Origin: a virus
Taxonomy: Duplodnaviria; Heunggongvirae; Uroviricota; Caudoviricetes
Direction: 5' to 3' (one strand)
Virus record (IMG/VR): IMGVR_UViG_2534681675_000028
DNA length: 34,318 nt
A program made the translations under genes and the position numbers. Positions 8,779 to 17,216 of the stretch are shown piece by piece. The notes under the pieces were generated by a model. The model was not told the origin of the DNA. It did not search any database and worked only from the letters and a program-made list of their open reading frames with translations. Every line of letters starts with the position of its first letter. The stretch's first letter is position 1.

Positions 8779-8857
8779 AAGTTCAATGATATTCGCTCTT
8801 GAATGTACTGTCAGTTCTGTTATAGCATGTACTCAAAGTTCACATTGTGAGGGTGAT
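8779..8857. promoter_or_regulatory. OR-like operator/divergent promoter region between repressor and cro-like gene
   Basis: 80-bp intergenic region containing two ATGTACT motifs (TGAATGTACTG, AGCATGTACTCAAAG). Confidence 0.45.
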
Positions 8858-9112
8858 ATGAACCAGAAAACACTTGAAGATGTAATCAAAACTGTTCGCG
8901 TTTCTGTTGTGGCCGACGTTTGTGGTGTCAGCCAAAGAGCAATCTACAAATGGATGGATAACGGAAAATTGCCTCGCACTGAATATACCGGCGAAACAAA
9001 TTATGCTGAAAAAATCGCTCATGCATCAAACGGATTATTTTCTGCCGATGCAATTTTAACTATTGGCAGAAATAAAACTACTACGAAAAAGCTGTTGGGA
9101 GTTGATTCATGA
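8858..9112 (+). CDS. Cro-like HTH regulator (YdaS-like by recollection)
   Basis: 84 aa from the ATG with a GAGGG Shine-Dalgarno; HTH (VADVCGVSQRAIYKWMDNGKLP); divergent from the repressor. Confidence 0.6.
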   Translation: MNQKTLEDVIKTVRVSVVADVCGVSQRAIYKWMDNGKLPRTEYTGETNYAEKIAHASNGLFSADAILTIGRNKTTTKKLLGVDS

Positions 9113-9534
9113 AAATCAAGCATGAGCACATCCGCATGGCGATGAATGCCTGGTCGCATCCGGACGGCGAAAAAGTTCCGGCAGCTGAAATAACCCGGGC
9201 TTATTTTGAACTGGGTATGACGTTTCCGGAACTGTACGACGATTCACACCCAGAAGCCCTGGCTCGCAATACTCAGAAGATTTTCCGCTGGGTGGAGAAA
9301 GACACCCCTGATGCGGTTAAAAAAATTCAGGCGTTGTTACCAGCGATCGAAAAAGCAATGCCACCTCTGCTGGTGGCCCGAATGCGCAGCCACAGTTCAA
9401 CCTGGTTTCGGGAGCTGGTGGAGACGCGGGAACGACTGGTGAGAGACGCTGATGATTTTGTCGCAGTGGCGATCGCTGGTTTCAATCAGATGAATCGTGG
9501 TGGTCCGGCGGGAAATGCCGTGGTGATGCACTAA
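9109..9534 (+). CDS. CII-like early regulator (YdaT-like by recollection)
   Basis: 141-aa ORF starting MKIKHEHI…; start overlaps the cro-like stop (ATGA); position equivalent to cII. Confidence 0.5.
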   Translation: MKIKHEHIRMAMNAWSHPDGEKVPAAEITRAYFELGMTFPELYDDSHPEALARNTQKIFRWVEKDTPDAVKKIQALLPAIEKAMPPLLVARMRSHSSTWFRELVETRERLVRDADDFVAVAIAGFNQMNRGGPAGNAVVMH

Positions 9535-9557
9535 AAGCACGGTGTTCGGAGTTTTTT

Positions 9558-10505
9558 ATGAGCAGCAAGCTTCATGGTCTTGTCTGGGAAGGGTGTGCCT
9601 TCACCGGCATGATCTTATCCAGGGTGGCAGTAATGGCTCGCCTTGCAGATTACAGCAATGACGAAGGTGTGTCATGGCCTGCAGTGGAGACCATTCGTCG
9701 TCAGATTGGGGCAAAGAGTGAATCAACGGTTAAAGCGGCGATAGCGGAACTGGAAAAGAACGGCTGGCTGACGAAGGAGGAACGTAAGGTCGGTGGGCGT
9801 AATGAAAGCAATATCTACCGTCTTAATGTGGAAAAACTCGAAGCAGCAGCAGCGGCGGCGCGTGAGGCATATAAACCGAAAAGAAAAATTAACCCGGTAA
9901 AAAATGACCCGTCAAATATTGACCCCTCAACGGTTGACCCCTCAAATTTTGATGGATCAACCGTTGATAAAAAACATTCGGTTAGGGGGACGATGGTTGG
10001 CCCCGATCCGTCAGTATTAAAACCTGATCCGCCAGATAAAAGATCTTCTTGTCCGGACGCTTCGCAACCGGACCCGCAGATGGCTGAACAGGATTTTTTA
10101 ACCCGACACCCTGACGCGGTTGTGTTCAGTGCGAAAAAACGCCAGTGGGGCAGCCAGGAAGATTTAGCGTGTGCGCAGTGGATCTGGGGGCGAATCGTGA
10201 GTCTTTACGAGCAGGCTGCCAGCGATGATGGCGAAATCATGCGACCGAAAGAACCAAACTGGACTGCATGGGCCAATGATGTGCGCACAATGCGGATGCT
10301 GGATGGCAGAACTCACAGACAAATTTGCGAAATGTTTGGTCGGGTACAGCGGGATCCATTCTGGGTAAAAAACATCATGAGTCCGGCAAAACTCCGGGAA
10401 AAATGGGATGAGCTGGTTATTCGTCTGGGGCGTTCGCCTGTACAGCGTTGCGTGAATCACATTTCTGAACCGGATACCGAAATTCCGCCGGGGTTCAGGG
10501 GGTAA
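9558..10505 (+). CDS. Replication initiator (lambda O-like function), winged-helix N-terminus, with origin iterons inside the gene
   Basis: 315-aa ORF in the O position; contains four 11-bp iterons spaced 15 bp apart, encoding the repetitive NDPSNIDPSTVDPSNFDGSTVD. Confidence 0.65.
   Translation: MSSKLHGLVWEGCAFTGMILSRVAVMARLADYSNDEGVSWPAVETIRRQIGAKSESTVKAAIAELEKNGWLTKEERKVGGRNESNIYRLNVEKLEAAAAAAREAYKPKRKINPVKNDPSNIDPSTVDPSNFDGSTVDKKHSVRGTMVGPDPSVLKPDPPDKRSSCPDASQPDPQMAEQDFLTRHPDAVVFSAKKRQWGSQEDLACAQWIWGRIVSLYEQAASDDGEIMRPKEPNWTAWANDVRTMRMLDGRTHRQICEMFGRVQRDPFWVKNIMSPAKLREKWDELVIRLGRSPVQRCVNHISEPDTEIPPGFRG
9906..9961. repeat. Four direct iterons (TGACCCGTCAA, TGACCCCTCAA, TGACCCCTCAA, TGATGGATCAA) on a 15-bp period: putative replication origin
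   Basis: Direct reading of the sequence; iteron starts at 9906, 9921, 9936 and 9951. Confidence 0.55.
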
Positions 10506-10547
10506 GTGTTGATTTGAGGTCATGAAGTTATTTTCTCAGGAGAGTTT

Positions 10548-10949
10548 ATGGGGGCTATTTATACCGAAGAACAGCGGGAAAGATTACAGCGTCACATCGT
10601 TGACCTTGTACGTAAAAACGGGCGTATGAAAATGCCACAACTGGCATCGGCAACATATGCTTCACATGATTCCATTCGCCGGTACCTGAAGATGCTGGTG
10701 AGCCAGGGCGAAGTGTATGTTGTCAGCGGAAAAGGGGTATTCCTTTCAGAGAGAGTTTACCGTGAATGGCTGGCAAGTTCGGCAAAAAAATCAAGGGTTA
10801 TCCGCAAACCAGCACAAAAACAGGGTAAGGCCGGAGTACAACCCTACGACCGGCACCAGAACGTAATTTGCCGGGAATGTCGTAACAGCGAATCAATGCA
10901 GCGGGTACTGGCTTTTTACCGGGGTGGATTTCAGGAGCTCGTATCGTGA
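10548..10949 (+). CDS. Hypothetical protein
   Basis: 133-aa ORF with CAGGAGAG Shine-Dalgarno; family not recognised. Confidence 0.5.
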   Translation: MGAIYTEEQRERLQRHIVDLVRKNGRMKMPQLASATYASHDSIRRYLKMLVSQGEVYVVSGKGVFLSERVYREWLASSAKKSRVIRKPAQKQGKAGVQPYDRHQNVICRECRNSESMQRVLAFYRGGFQELVS

Positions 10950-11254
10950 AAAAGTGGGTGCGTGCCGAGATACTGATTCTACGGCAGTGTGCGGGAACAA
11001 TGACGGTGGAATGTATCGGGATGCTTATTGGTCGTAGTGAGGCTGCGGTCAGAACGAAAGCGCGGGAACTGGGTATTAGTATGATGTTACGGGGTGATTA
11101 TCACCAGTCAGCAAAATATCCGCAGAGTGATATTGAGCTGGCGCGACAGCTGCATCAGCTTGGCGTGTCCAGGAGAGAAATCGCCAGAAAATTTGGAATG
11201 CCGCTGCGCACAGTGAATAACTACGTTTATTTCGACAGGAGGGTGTCTGCGTGA
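10946..11254 (+). CDS. Hypothetical DNA-binding protein with two HTH-like segments
   Basis: 102-aa ORF; GTG start overlapping the upstream stop, CAGGAG Shine-Dalgarno. Confidence 0.5.
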   Translation: MKKWVRAEILILRQCAGTMTVECIGMLIGRSEAAVRTKARELGISMMLRGDYHQSAKYPQSDIELARQLHQLGVSRREIARKFGMPLRTVNNYVYFDRRVSA

Positions 11255-11484
11255 AAATCCTGTATCAGGATTACGGCCCGGTGGGACAGGTGGTTATCAG
11301 CAGTACTGTAATGGAGTTCCGGAAGCATAACCGTGTGGTGGATGCAGTACTGTTAGCCTGTCCGGGGATATCGGCGAGCCGTGCAGGTGTGTTTTTTATG
11401 AAGACGAAGTTATATGGCAGTACAGCGTGGATAAAGAAGGCGTACCGGGTAGCGTTACAGGAGGTAAACAGTGAGCGAAATTAA
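11251..11484 (+). CDS. Hypothetical protein
   Basis: 77-aa ORF; GTG start overlapping the upstream stop, CAGGAGGG Shine-Dalgarno. Confidence 0.45.
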   Translation: MKILYQDYGPVGQVVISSTVMEFRKHNRVVDAVLLACPGISASRAGVFFMKTKLYGSTAWIKKAYRVALQEVNSERN

Positions 11485-11932
11485 CTGTCAGGCACTGCGA
11501 GAGGCGGCAGAGAAAGCAACTAAAGGAAGCTACATCGTAGGGCATACGTCTGTTAACCAGCATGGCAATTTAACAGGAGTTTTTGTTTGTCAAAAATGGA
11601 AAGGAGAACCCGGTGGCGTGATTGCAGAATGTCATGTTAACTGCCTGGTTGAAACAGATGCTCAGGCTTACGCAAACGCTGAATTTATTGCTGCCTTTAA
11701 TCCAAAGGTTGCGCTGGCGATACTGGATAAGCTGGAAGCTAAAGACAAGCGCATTGCAGAACTGGAGGCGAGGGAAATCCAGTTACCTGCTGGCTTCGAC
11801 CTTCGATATGGACACCCGATAAATGCTGATGAGCGACATGTGATGATACCTAAAGAAAATGGCAACTGGATTCATCGGACTGACTTAGAGCACTCACTAC
11901 GTGTTGCAGGGATTCGTATTAAAGGAGACTAA
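11471..11932 (+). CDS. Hypothetical protein, possibly ead/Ea22-like
   Basis: 153-aa ORF with AGGAGG Shine-Dalgarno; family assignment by recollection only. Confidence 0.45.
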   Translation: MSEINCQALREAAEKATKGSYIVGHTSVNQHGNLTGVFVCQKWKGEPGGVIAECHVNCLVETDAQAYANAEFIAAFNPKVALAILDKLEAKDKRIAELEAREIQLPAGFDLRYGHPINADERHVMIPKENGNWIHRTDLEHSLRVAGIRIKGD

Positions 11933-11933
11933 C

Positions 11934-12290
11934 GTGGAAATAAAACCAGAAGATGAGTTAAGTAATATTGTTTTATTTCCGGTAAAAGAGGATGACCCAC
12001 GTAATCAGGTTAATTTTCTTTATGAGCCATCGGAAAGACCATATTGTCATCACGACTCTGTCCGGGTTGACGAAAAAGAGCGTCAGGTCCGCTGTAAAAT
12101 CTGCGGTGCAGTTGTGGAGCCATTTGACTGGATGCTCTCTGTGGCGAAAAGAGAAACCAGACTGGCAGATGATGTAAGGATCTTGCGCCAGGAGGAACGG
12201 GAAAGGCGGAGAAATATAGAAAAGCTAATTCAGATTGAGCGTAACGTGAAAGCGCGGATACGCAGGGCGACAAAATCCAGAACAGAATAA
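11934..12290 (+). CDS. Hypothetical zinc-ribbon protein (C-x-HH … C-x2-C), basic C-terminus
   Basis: ORF 11901-12290 trimmed to GTG 11934, which has an AAAGGAG Shine-Dalgarno 6 nt upstream and follows the previous stop. Confidence 0.45.
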   Translation: MEIKPEDELSNIVLFPVKEDDPRNQVNFLYEPSERPYCHHDSVRVDEKERQVRCKICGAVVEPFDWMLSVAKRETRLADDVRILRQEERERRRNIEKLIQIERNVKARIRRATKSRTE

Positions 12291-12338
12291 TTAAATTTAG
12301 CACTGTTAAAAATTTAATCCTTAACCGGAGGTATATCA

Positions 12339-12533
12339 ATGTCAAACGCACAGAAAGTTATTAACGCTGAAAAATATAACGAGTGGGTGAAAAAGTTCTC
12401 AGAGCAGATTTTTAAAATTACTGGCGACGAGAATGCGGCAAAAAATGAATTAGAGCCGTGGACACCTGAAGGTGTCGCCCCAAATTATTGCTGGTGGATG
12501 TTGATCCAGTTGATGCTGCAAATGAAGCGATGA
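12339..12533 (+). CDS. Hypothetical small protein
   Basis: 64-aa ORF with GGAGG Shine-Dalgarno. Confidence 0.45.
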   Translation: MSNAQKVINAEKYNEWVKKFSEQIFKITGDENAAKNELEPWTPEGVAPNYCWWMLIQLMLQMKR

Positions 12534-12585
12534 GTTATCACAACGATTAATGTCAGGAGGCCGCCCGAAAGGGCGGTAATGAAAA

Positions 12586-13276
12586 GTGACTGAATTAACC
12601 AAAGAGCAATTAATCGAAGAAGCCAAATTAAAAATAGCGATTGCGAAATGCCACCCCAATTCAGGGATGGCACGGGTAGAGGGCGAGTTATTCAAAATTG
12701 CACTGGCATCGCTGGTAGCAGAACCGCTGGTGCCCGTCATGTATAAAGGAATGAAACTGTTAACAAAAGAGGGGCTTGAGCTTATTCGTGACGGTATTGC
12801 GGAGGCTACGGGACTGGAAGCAATGTGTATGGCTGATGCTTTGCTGTCTGGGGGGGGGGGCAGTGCCGTCAGTGCCGAAAGAAATGTATTGGCAGGATGC
12901 ACCAGTTGAAAGTAGCAGCAAAGCAGCTGCATACGCTACAGGCTGGAAAGCCTGCCGCGAAGCCATGCTTCAGTCCGGAAACTTTCGGGATAATAAGAAT
13001 TCGTCAACCAACAATTTTCGGGAAATCCCGGAAACGTCAACCAGCTCTCAGGGAACTCCGGCTGGCTGGATAAGCTGTAGTGATGCAGTTCCTGCTGAAT
13101 ATTGCGATGTGATTCTGCGCGATGATCTCGGGAATGTATTCCCCGGTTCATGGGATAAGGTTTTTTGCCCCACTCGTGGCGGGAATAAGATGGCTTTTGT
13201 GGACAAAGACGGCGTCGAAGTAGAGAGCTCAACCCACTGGATGCCGCTACCAGAATCGCCGAAGGTGGTGAAGTGA
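12586..13276 (+). CDS. Ea22-like/DUF551-type protein split into two overlapping ORFs (12586-12909 and 12776-13276) at a G11 homopolymer
   Basis: Two ORFs in frames +1 apart meet at the G run 12850-12860; removing one G gives a single ORF (…LLSGGG|AVPSVPKEMYWQ…); C-terminus has the HWMPLPE motif I associate with DUF551. Confidence 0.5.
12850..12860. repeat. G11 homopolymer inside a coding region
   Basis: Direct reading: ctg followed by ten g. Confidence 0.9.
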
Positions 13277-13450
13277 TGGAAAATGAATTCGAAAATGCTA
13301 TCGCCACGGTGCAGCCAAAATCAATAGTTGAGTAGACTTACTCTGAGGCTTGACTACGAGGTTACCATTAGGTGTAATTTAGAGTAAGTTGGTAGCCTCA
13401 GTTGTCGAAGAGGCATAATGGTGATTGTTAGTTGATGCAATAATTAAGGA

Positions 13451-13942
13451 ATGTTAATGCCTACTAATGCTGAACAACCAGTATCAATTAGTAAACCGAA
13501 GACCGTTACACTTCGTGCTTTTGAAATAAAAAACACTGCACTTTCGAAAAGTTCTAGCGAAGCTAAGGCCGATTTGATAGCAAGGCTTAGTCAAGTAAAA
13601 CAGGCAAAAGATAGATGCATGTTGTTAAATCCAGAAGATCCTAAGCAGGAAAGAGATGTTCTTTCGTATTTTAAAGAATCTCCTGTTACTGATTCAGTAT
13701 TTTGCACTATGTTAAGGATTACATCTGACAAAGAAATCCAACACATAACAGATTCTCTTTTTGAGAAAGAGGTCTTTTCTCTGGATGATATAGAAACATC
13801 TCATTTAGATGTGTCAGCAATATGTAAAGGCCATTACTATTTTTGCATGAGTGATGATTTTTTAGTTACAAATCTCCCATTAAATAAAACGATTGTGCGT
13901 TTACAAACGTATCTGAGTTGGTTTACAAATAATGAGCTTTAA
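13451..13942 (+). CDS. Hypothetical protein, gene A of an AT-rich accessory cassette
   Basis: 163-aa ORF; markedly AT-rich relative to flanking phage genes; family not recognised. Confidence 0.5.
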   Translation: MLMPTNAEQPVSISKPKTVTLRAFEIKNTALSKSSSEAKADLIARLSQVKQAKDRCMLLNPEDPKQERDVLSYFKESPVTDSVFCTMLRITSDKEIQHITDSLFEKEVFSLDDIETSHLDVSAICKGHYYFCMSDDFLVTNLPLNKTIVRLQTYLSWFTNNEL

Positions 13943-13957
13943 GAATTCACCCCACTA

Positions 13958-14470
13958 GTGTCAGCAAAAGGGAAAACGAAACTTAGTGATTTAAAAGCCA
14001 TAATCGTTAAAGATCCAGAACCGTTAGTACCGACTGCTATGTGTGATGAGTCTGGTGTTAGAAGTAAAAAGGGAGAAATTACGGTTAGCGAAGGTCATAA
14101 ATCTATCAAGTTAACACAAAAAGTTCTGGATATTATCAGGAGTTCGATGTCAGACTCTGAACAACTTAATGATATGATGCTGAGTCAAATGATTTCTGCT
14201 GAATTGTTAATAAAATTTAAAAAGCCACGCAGAATGACAGATGATGAATATAGTAGAGCTTTAGGGGCTTATTTGAAACCCGTTAGCGATCTTGATAATG
14301 TATCATTTAAGCGAAAAGATAACAAAACAGAAGTGAAAGGCAAGGATTTGCTGTTAACAAAGTCTGTAAGTATTGAAACGACACAGTCAGGTAAATTAGT
14401 TGAGCATCATTTGCTACAAGAGATGAGCAAGTTTTTGCTAGAGTTAAGCAATGAAAAAAATAGCGGTTAG
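13958..14470 (+). CDS. Hypothetical protein, gene B of the cassette; same reading frame as gene A, separated by a single TAA; no evident Shine-Dalgarno
   Basis: 170-aa ORF; in-frame continuation after the TAA at 13940-13942 reads EFTPLVSAKGKTK…. Confidence 0.4.
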   Translation: MSAKGKTKLSDLKAIIVKDPEPLVPTAMCDESGVRSKKGEITVSEGHKSIKLTQKVLDIIRSSMSDSEQLNDMMLSQMISAELLIKFKKPRRMTDDEYSRALGAYLKPVSDLDNVSFKRKDNKTEVKGKDLLLTKSVSIETTQSGKLVEHHLLQEMSKFLLELSNEKNSG

Positions 14471-14912
14471 CGTATTATCAATATTGCTGCTCACATTGTT
14501 GGCTAGTTCAGTCTGGGATGTTCGTCCGGACGGTTTTTTTGCGTCGACAGTTTTTACAATTTCTGGAATAATGTTCTCAATTGGATTAGGGCTAATTGTG
14601 AATTTTAGCACATCCGGTGTAAGGAACCGTGGATACATTCTGCGTATTAGACGTAATGTAATGAGGGTGAGGAATTCATTTCTATTATATTTTGGTTTGT
14701 CGACTTTTTCTTACATAGCAAATCAATATCTTACTGCTTTTGAGTTTTCTTTAACCTTTGGTGATGGTATCAAAACATGTTTTAGCGCATCCATATTCTT
14801 TTGCTTGCTTATAATTTATTCCTCTATATATTTTGTTGTTAATTTTATAGAGTTGCAAAAACTCAATAATGATATTTTTGATAAAGTCAATGCGGAAATA
14901 ACTAACAAATGA
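14451..14912 (+). CDS. Small polytopic membrane protein (about 4 predicted transmembrane helices), gene C of the cassette
   Basis: 153-aa ORF overlapping the end of gene B by 20 nt; four long hydrophobic segments; AT-rich. Confidence 0.55.
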   Translation: MKKIAVSVLSILLLTLLASSVWDVRPDGFFASTVFTISGIMFSIGLGLIVNFSTSGVRNRGYILRIRRNVMRVRNSFLLYFGLSTFSYIANQYLTAFEFSLTFGDGIKTCFSASIFFCLLIIYSSIYFVVNFIELQKLNNDIFDKVNAEITNK

Positions 14913-15123
14913 AATGGCTTTTGTGTGCATGTTAAATAAAGAATACATGGCATCATTTAATGATGTCATGTGTAACGAGCGAAAAGCCTTTTGAACGGTT
15001 TTCATAAGTTATATTGAAAGATAAAATTGCTGCGGGTGCTTGAGGCTATCTGCCTCAGGCATGAACACCAACGGCAGATAGATAAAAGCCCCACCCGACT
15101 ATAAATCGAAGTGAGGCCCCTAT

Positions 15124-15336
15124 ATGCTCGTCACATACAGATTGCCTCTTACGGACCGAAAGGTCAAGGAGAAGCAGGCTATGAAGCAGCAAAAGGCGAT
15201 GCTAATCGCCCTGATCGTCATCTGTTTAACCGTCATAGTGACGGCACTGGTAACGAGGAAAGACCTCTGCGAGGTACGAATCCGAACCGGCCAGACGGAG
15301 GTCGCTGTCTTCACAGCTTACGAACCTGAGGAGTAA
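15124..15336 (+). CDS. mok: mok-like reading frame (N-terminally extended, in frame with hok)
   Basis: ORF in the same frame as hok sharing its stop codon, the arrangement I recall for chromosomal mok/hok pairs. Confidence 0.5.
   Translation: MLVTYRLPLTDRKVKEKQAMKQQKAMLIALIVICLTVIVTALVTRKDLCEVRIRTGQTEVAVFTAYEPEE
15181..15336 (+). CDS. hok: Hok/Gef-family type I toxin (51 aa)
   Basis: MKQQKAMLIALIVICLTVIVTALVTRKDLCEVRIRTGQTEVAVFTAYEPEE closely resembles Hok (…[25 protein letters not shown]…); AGGAG Shine-Dalgarno. Confidence 0.8.
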   Translation: MKQQKAMLIALIVICLTVIVTALVTRKDLCEVRIRTGQTEVAVFTAYEPEE

Positions 15337-15403
15337 GAGACCTGGCGGGGAGAATTCCCTCGCCACCTCTGATGTGTCAGGCTTCCTCAACGCACCCGCA
15401 CTT

Positions 15404-15430
15404 AACCCGCTTCGGTGGGTTTTGTTTTTT
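15404..15430 (+). terminator. Rho-independent terminator after hok
   Basis: Hairpin AACCCGC-TTCG-GTGGGTT followed by TTTGTTTTTT. Confidence 0.6.
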
Positions 15431-15502
15431 CTGTGCATTCTGGTTTACAATTCGCACGCCAGCCTGAACAACTGGCACCTGCTGCGCCAGCAGAGACAAC
15501 CG

Positions 15503-15781
15503 ATGGCGCACGATACCAAATTACACAATTCTGATGATTCTGCCGTCTTTGCCAGCAGGCACGGGCTGCGTTCTCACGCATTCAAATATGACTGGTATCA
15601 GCACGATCCCTGTACTGAAGAACAGGCCGAATGGCTGATTCATAACTACCGCAGACGTGGGTATGAGTTTAAGAAAGCCCTCAGTCTCGATTATCGTCAC
15701 TGGATAATCTACGTCAGGCTCCCTTATTCCGAACGCCCGCCGCGTCCATCCCGCACATTCCAGCAACGGATCTGGAGGTAA
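15503..15781 (+). CDS. Hypothetical nin-region protein
   Basis: ORF 15374-15781 trimmed to the ATG at 15503, because the upstream part overlaps the hok terminator. Confidence 0.4.
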   Translation: MAHDTKLHNSDDSAVFASRHGLRSHAFKYDWYQHDPCTEEQAEWLIHNYRRRGYEFKKALSLDYRHWIIYVRLPYSERPPRPSRTFQQRIWR

Positions 15782-15782
15782 C

Positions 15783-16832
15783 GTGCGGGTATTACTTCGA
15801 CCTGTTCCGGTGCCGGAACTCGGGCTGGTGGTCCTTAAGCCGGGCCGTGAATCTATGCAGGTATTTCATAATCCCCGGGTACTGGTGGAGCCGGAACCGA
15901 AAAGCATGCGCGGTCTGCCGTCCGGAGCTGTTCCTGCCGTTCGCCAGGCGCTGGCGGAAGATAAATCATTACTGCCATTTTTCAGCGATGAGCGGGTGAT
16001 TCGTGCTGCTGGCGGCGCTGGTGCACTGTCTGACTGGCTGTTGCGTCATGTCAAATCCTGCCAGTGGCCTCATGGTGACTATCATCACAGTGAAACCGTC
16101 ATACATCGTTACGGTACCGGCGCGATGGTGTTGTGCTGGCACTGCGACAACCAGTTGCGTGACCAGACCTCCGAATCACTCGGGCAACTTGCTCATCAAA
16201 ACCTGTCGGCATGGATGATTGACGTCATACGCCACGCAATGAATGGCACACAAGAGCGGGAATTATCGCTGGCTGAATTGTACTGCTGGGCTGCTGTAAA
16301 TGATGTAGTGGATGCCATGACCGAAAATATGGCGCGTCGAATCCTGAAGCGTCCGGGTGAAAAAATCCGCTCAATATACCGCGAGAGCGACATCATACCG
16401 GGAGAACCGACAGCCACCAGCATACTGAAGCAGCGCACAAAAAATATTGCGCTACCACCTTACGCCCACCAGCAACAGAACCCACCACAGGAAAAGACGG
16501 TGGTCAGCATCGCCGTTGATCCGGAGTCTCCTGAATCTTTCATGAAGCGACCTAAACGTCGCCGTTGGGTAAATGAGAAATATACGCGCTGGGTGAAGAC
16601 TCAGCCGTGTGCGTGTTGTGGTCAACCAGCCGACGATCCCCATCACCTGATTGGTCATGGTCAGGGCGGAATGGGAACAAAGGCCCACGATATTTTTACA
16701 CTACCGCTGTGCCGGGAGCATCACAACGAACTTCATGCGGATCTGCTGGCGTTCGAAGAAAACCATGGTTCCCAGATTGATTTAATTTTTCGTTTTCTTG
16801 ATCACGCCTTTGCAACCGGCGTGCTTGGGTAA
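15783..16832 (+). CDS. DUF968-type prophage protein with C-terminal HNH-like Cys/His motif (YdfU-like by recollection)
   Basis: 349-aa ORF; GTG start with GGAGG Shine-Dalgarno; C-terminal CACCGQ…HHLIGHGQGGMGTKAHD…CREHHNELH. Confidence 0.6.
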   Translation: MRVLLRPVPVPELGLVVLKPGRESMQVFHNPRVLVEPEPKSMRGLPSGAVPAVRQALAEDKSLLPFFSDERVIRAAGGAGALSDWLLRHVKSCQWPHGDYHHSETVIHRYGTGAMVLCWHCDNQLRDQTSESLGQLAHQNLSAWMIDVIRHAMNGTQERELSLAELYCWAAVNDVVDAMTENMARRILKRPGEKIRSIYRESDIIPGEPTATSILKQRTKNIALPPYAHQQQNPPQEKTVVSIAVDPESPESFMKRPKRRRWVNEKYTRWVKTQPCACCGQPADDPHHLIGHGQGGMGTKAHDIFTLPLCREHHNELHADLLAFEENHGSQIDLIFRFLDHAFATGVLG

Positions 16833-16844
16833 AAGAGGTTACTG

Positions 16845-17216
16845 ATGCGTATAGAGTTTGTTTTGCCTTACCCGCCGACGGTGAACACCTACTGGCGACG
16901 TCATGGCAGCACATATTTTGTATCAAAAGCCGGTGAGCGTTATCGCCGTGATGTGGCGTTCATTGTTCGCCAGCAGCGGTTGAAATTAAACCTCTCCGGA
17001 AGGCTGGCGATAAAGATTATTGCAGAGCCACCGGATAAGCGCCGTCGTGACCTGGACAATATCCTGAAAGCACTGCTGGATGCGCTGACACATGCGGGGC
17101 TGCTTATAGACGACGACCAGTTTGATGAAATCAATATTGTGCATGGTCTGCCTGTTTGCGGTGGGCGACTGGGTGTGAATATATTCGTAATAAGAGGATG
17201 TAATGATGTTGCGTGA
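16845..17216 (+). CDS. rusA: Holliday junction resolvase RusA
   Basis: 123-aa ORF; YWRRHG…[22 protein letters not shown] matches RusA motifs as I recall them. Confidence 0.85.
   Translation: MRIEFVLPYPPTVNTYWRRHGSTYFVSKAGERYRRDVAFIVRQQRLKLNLSGRLAIKIIAEPPDKRRRDLDNILKALLDALTHAGLLIDDDQFDEINIVHGLPVCGGRLGVNIFVIRGCNDVA

Noticed and set aside
9906-9961. Iteron array as a possible CRISPR-like repeat
   Set aside because: The repeats are 11 bp on a 15-bp period inside a coding region, with no spacers of CRISPR size; this is an origin-type iteron set
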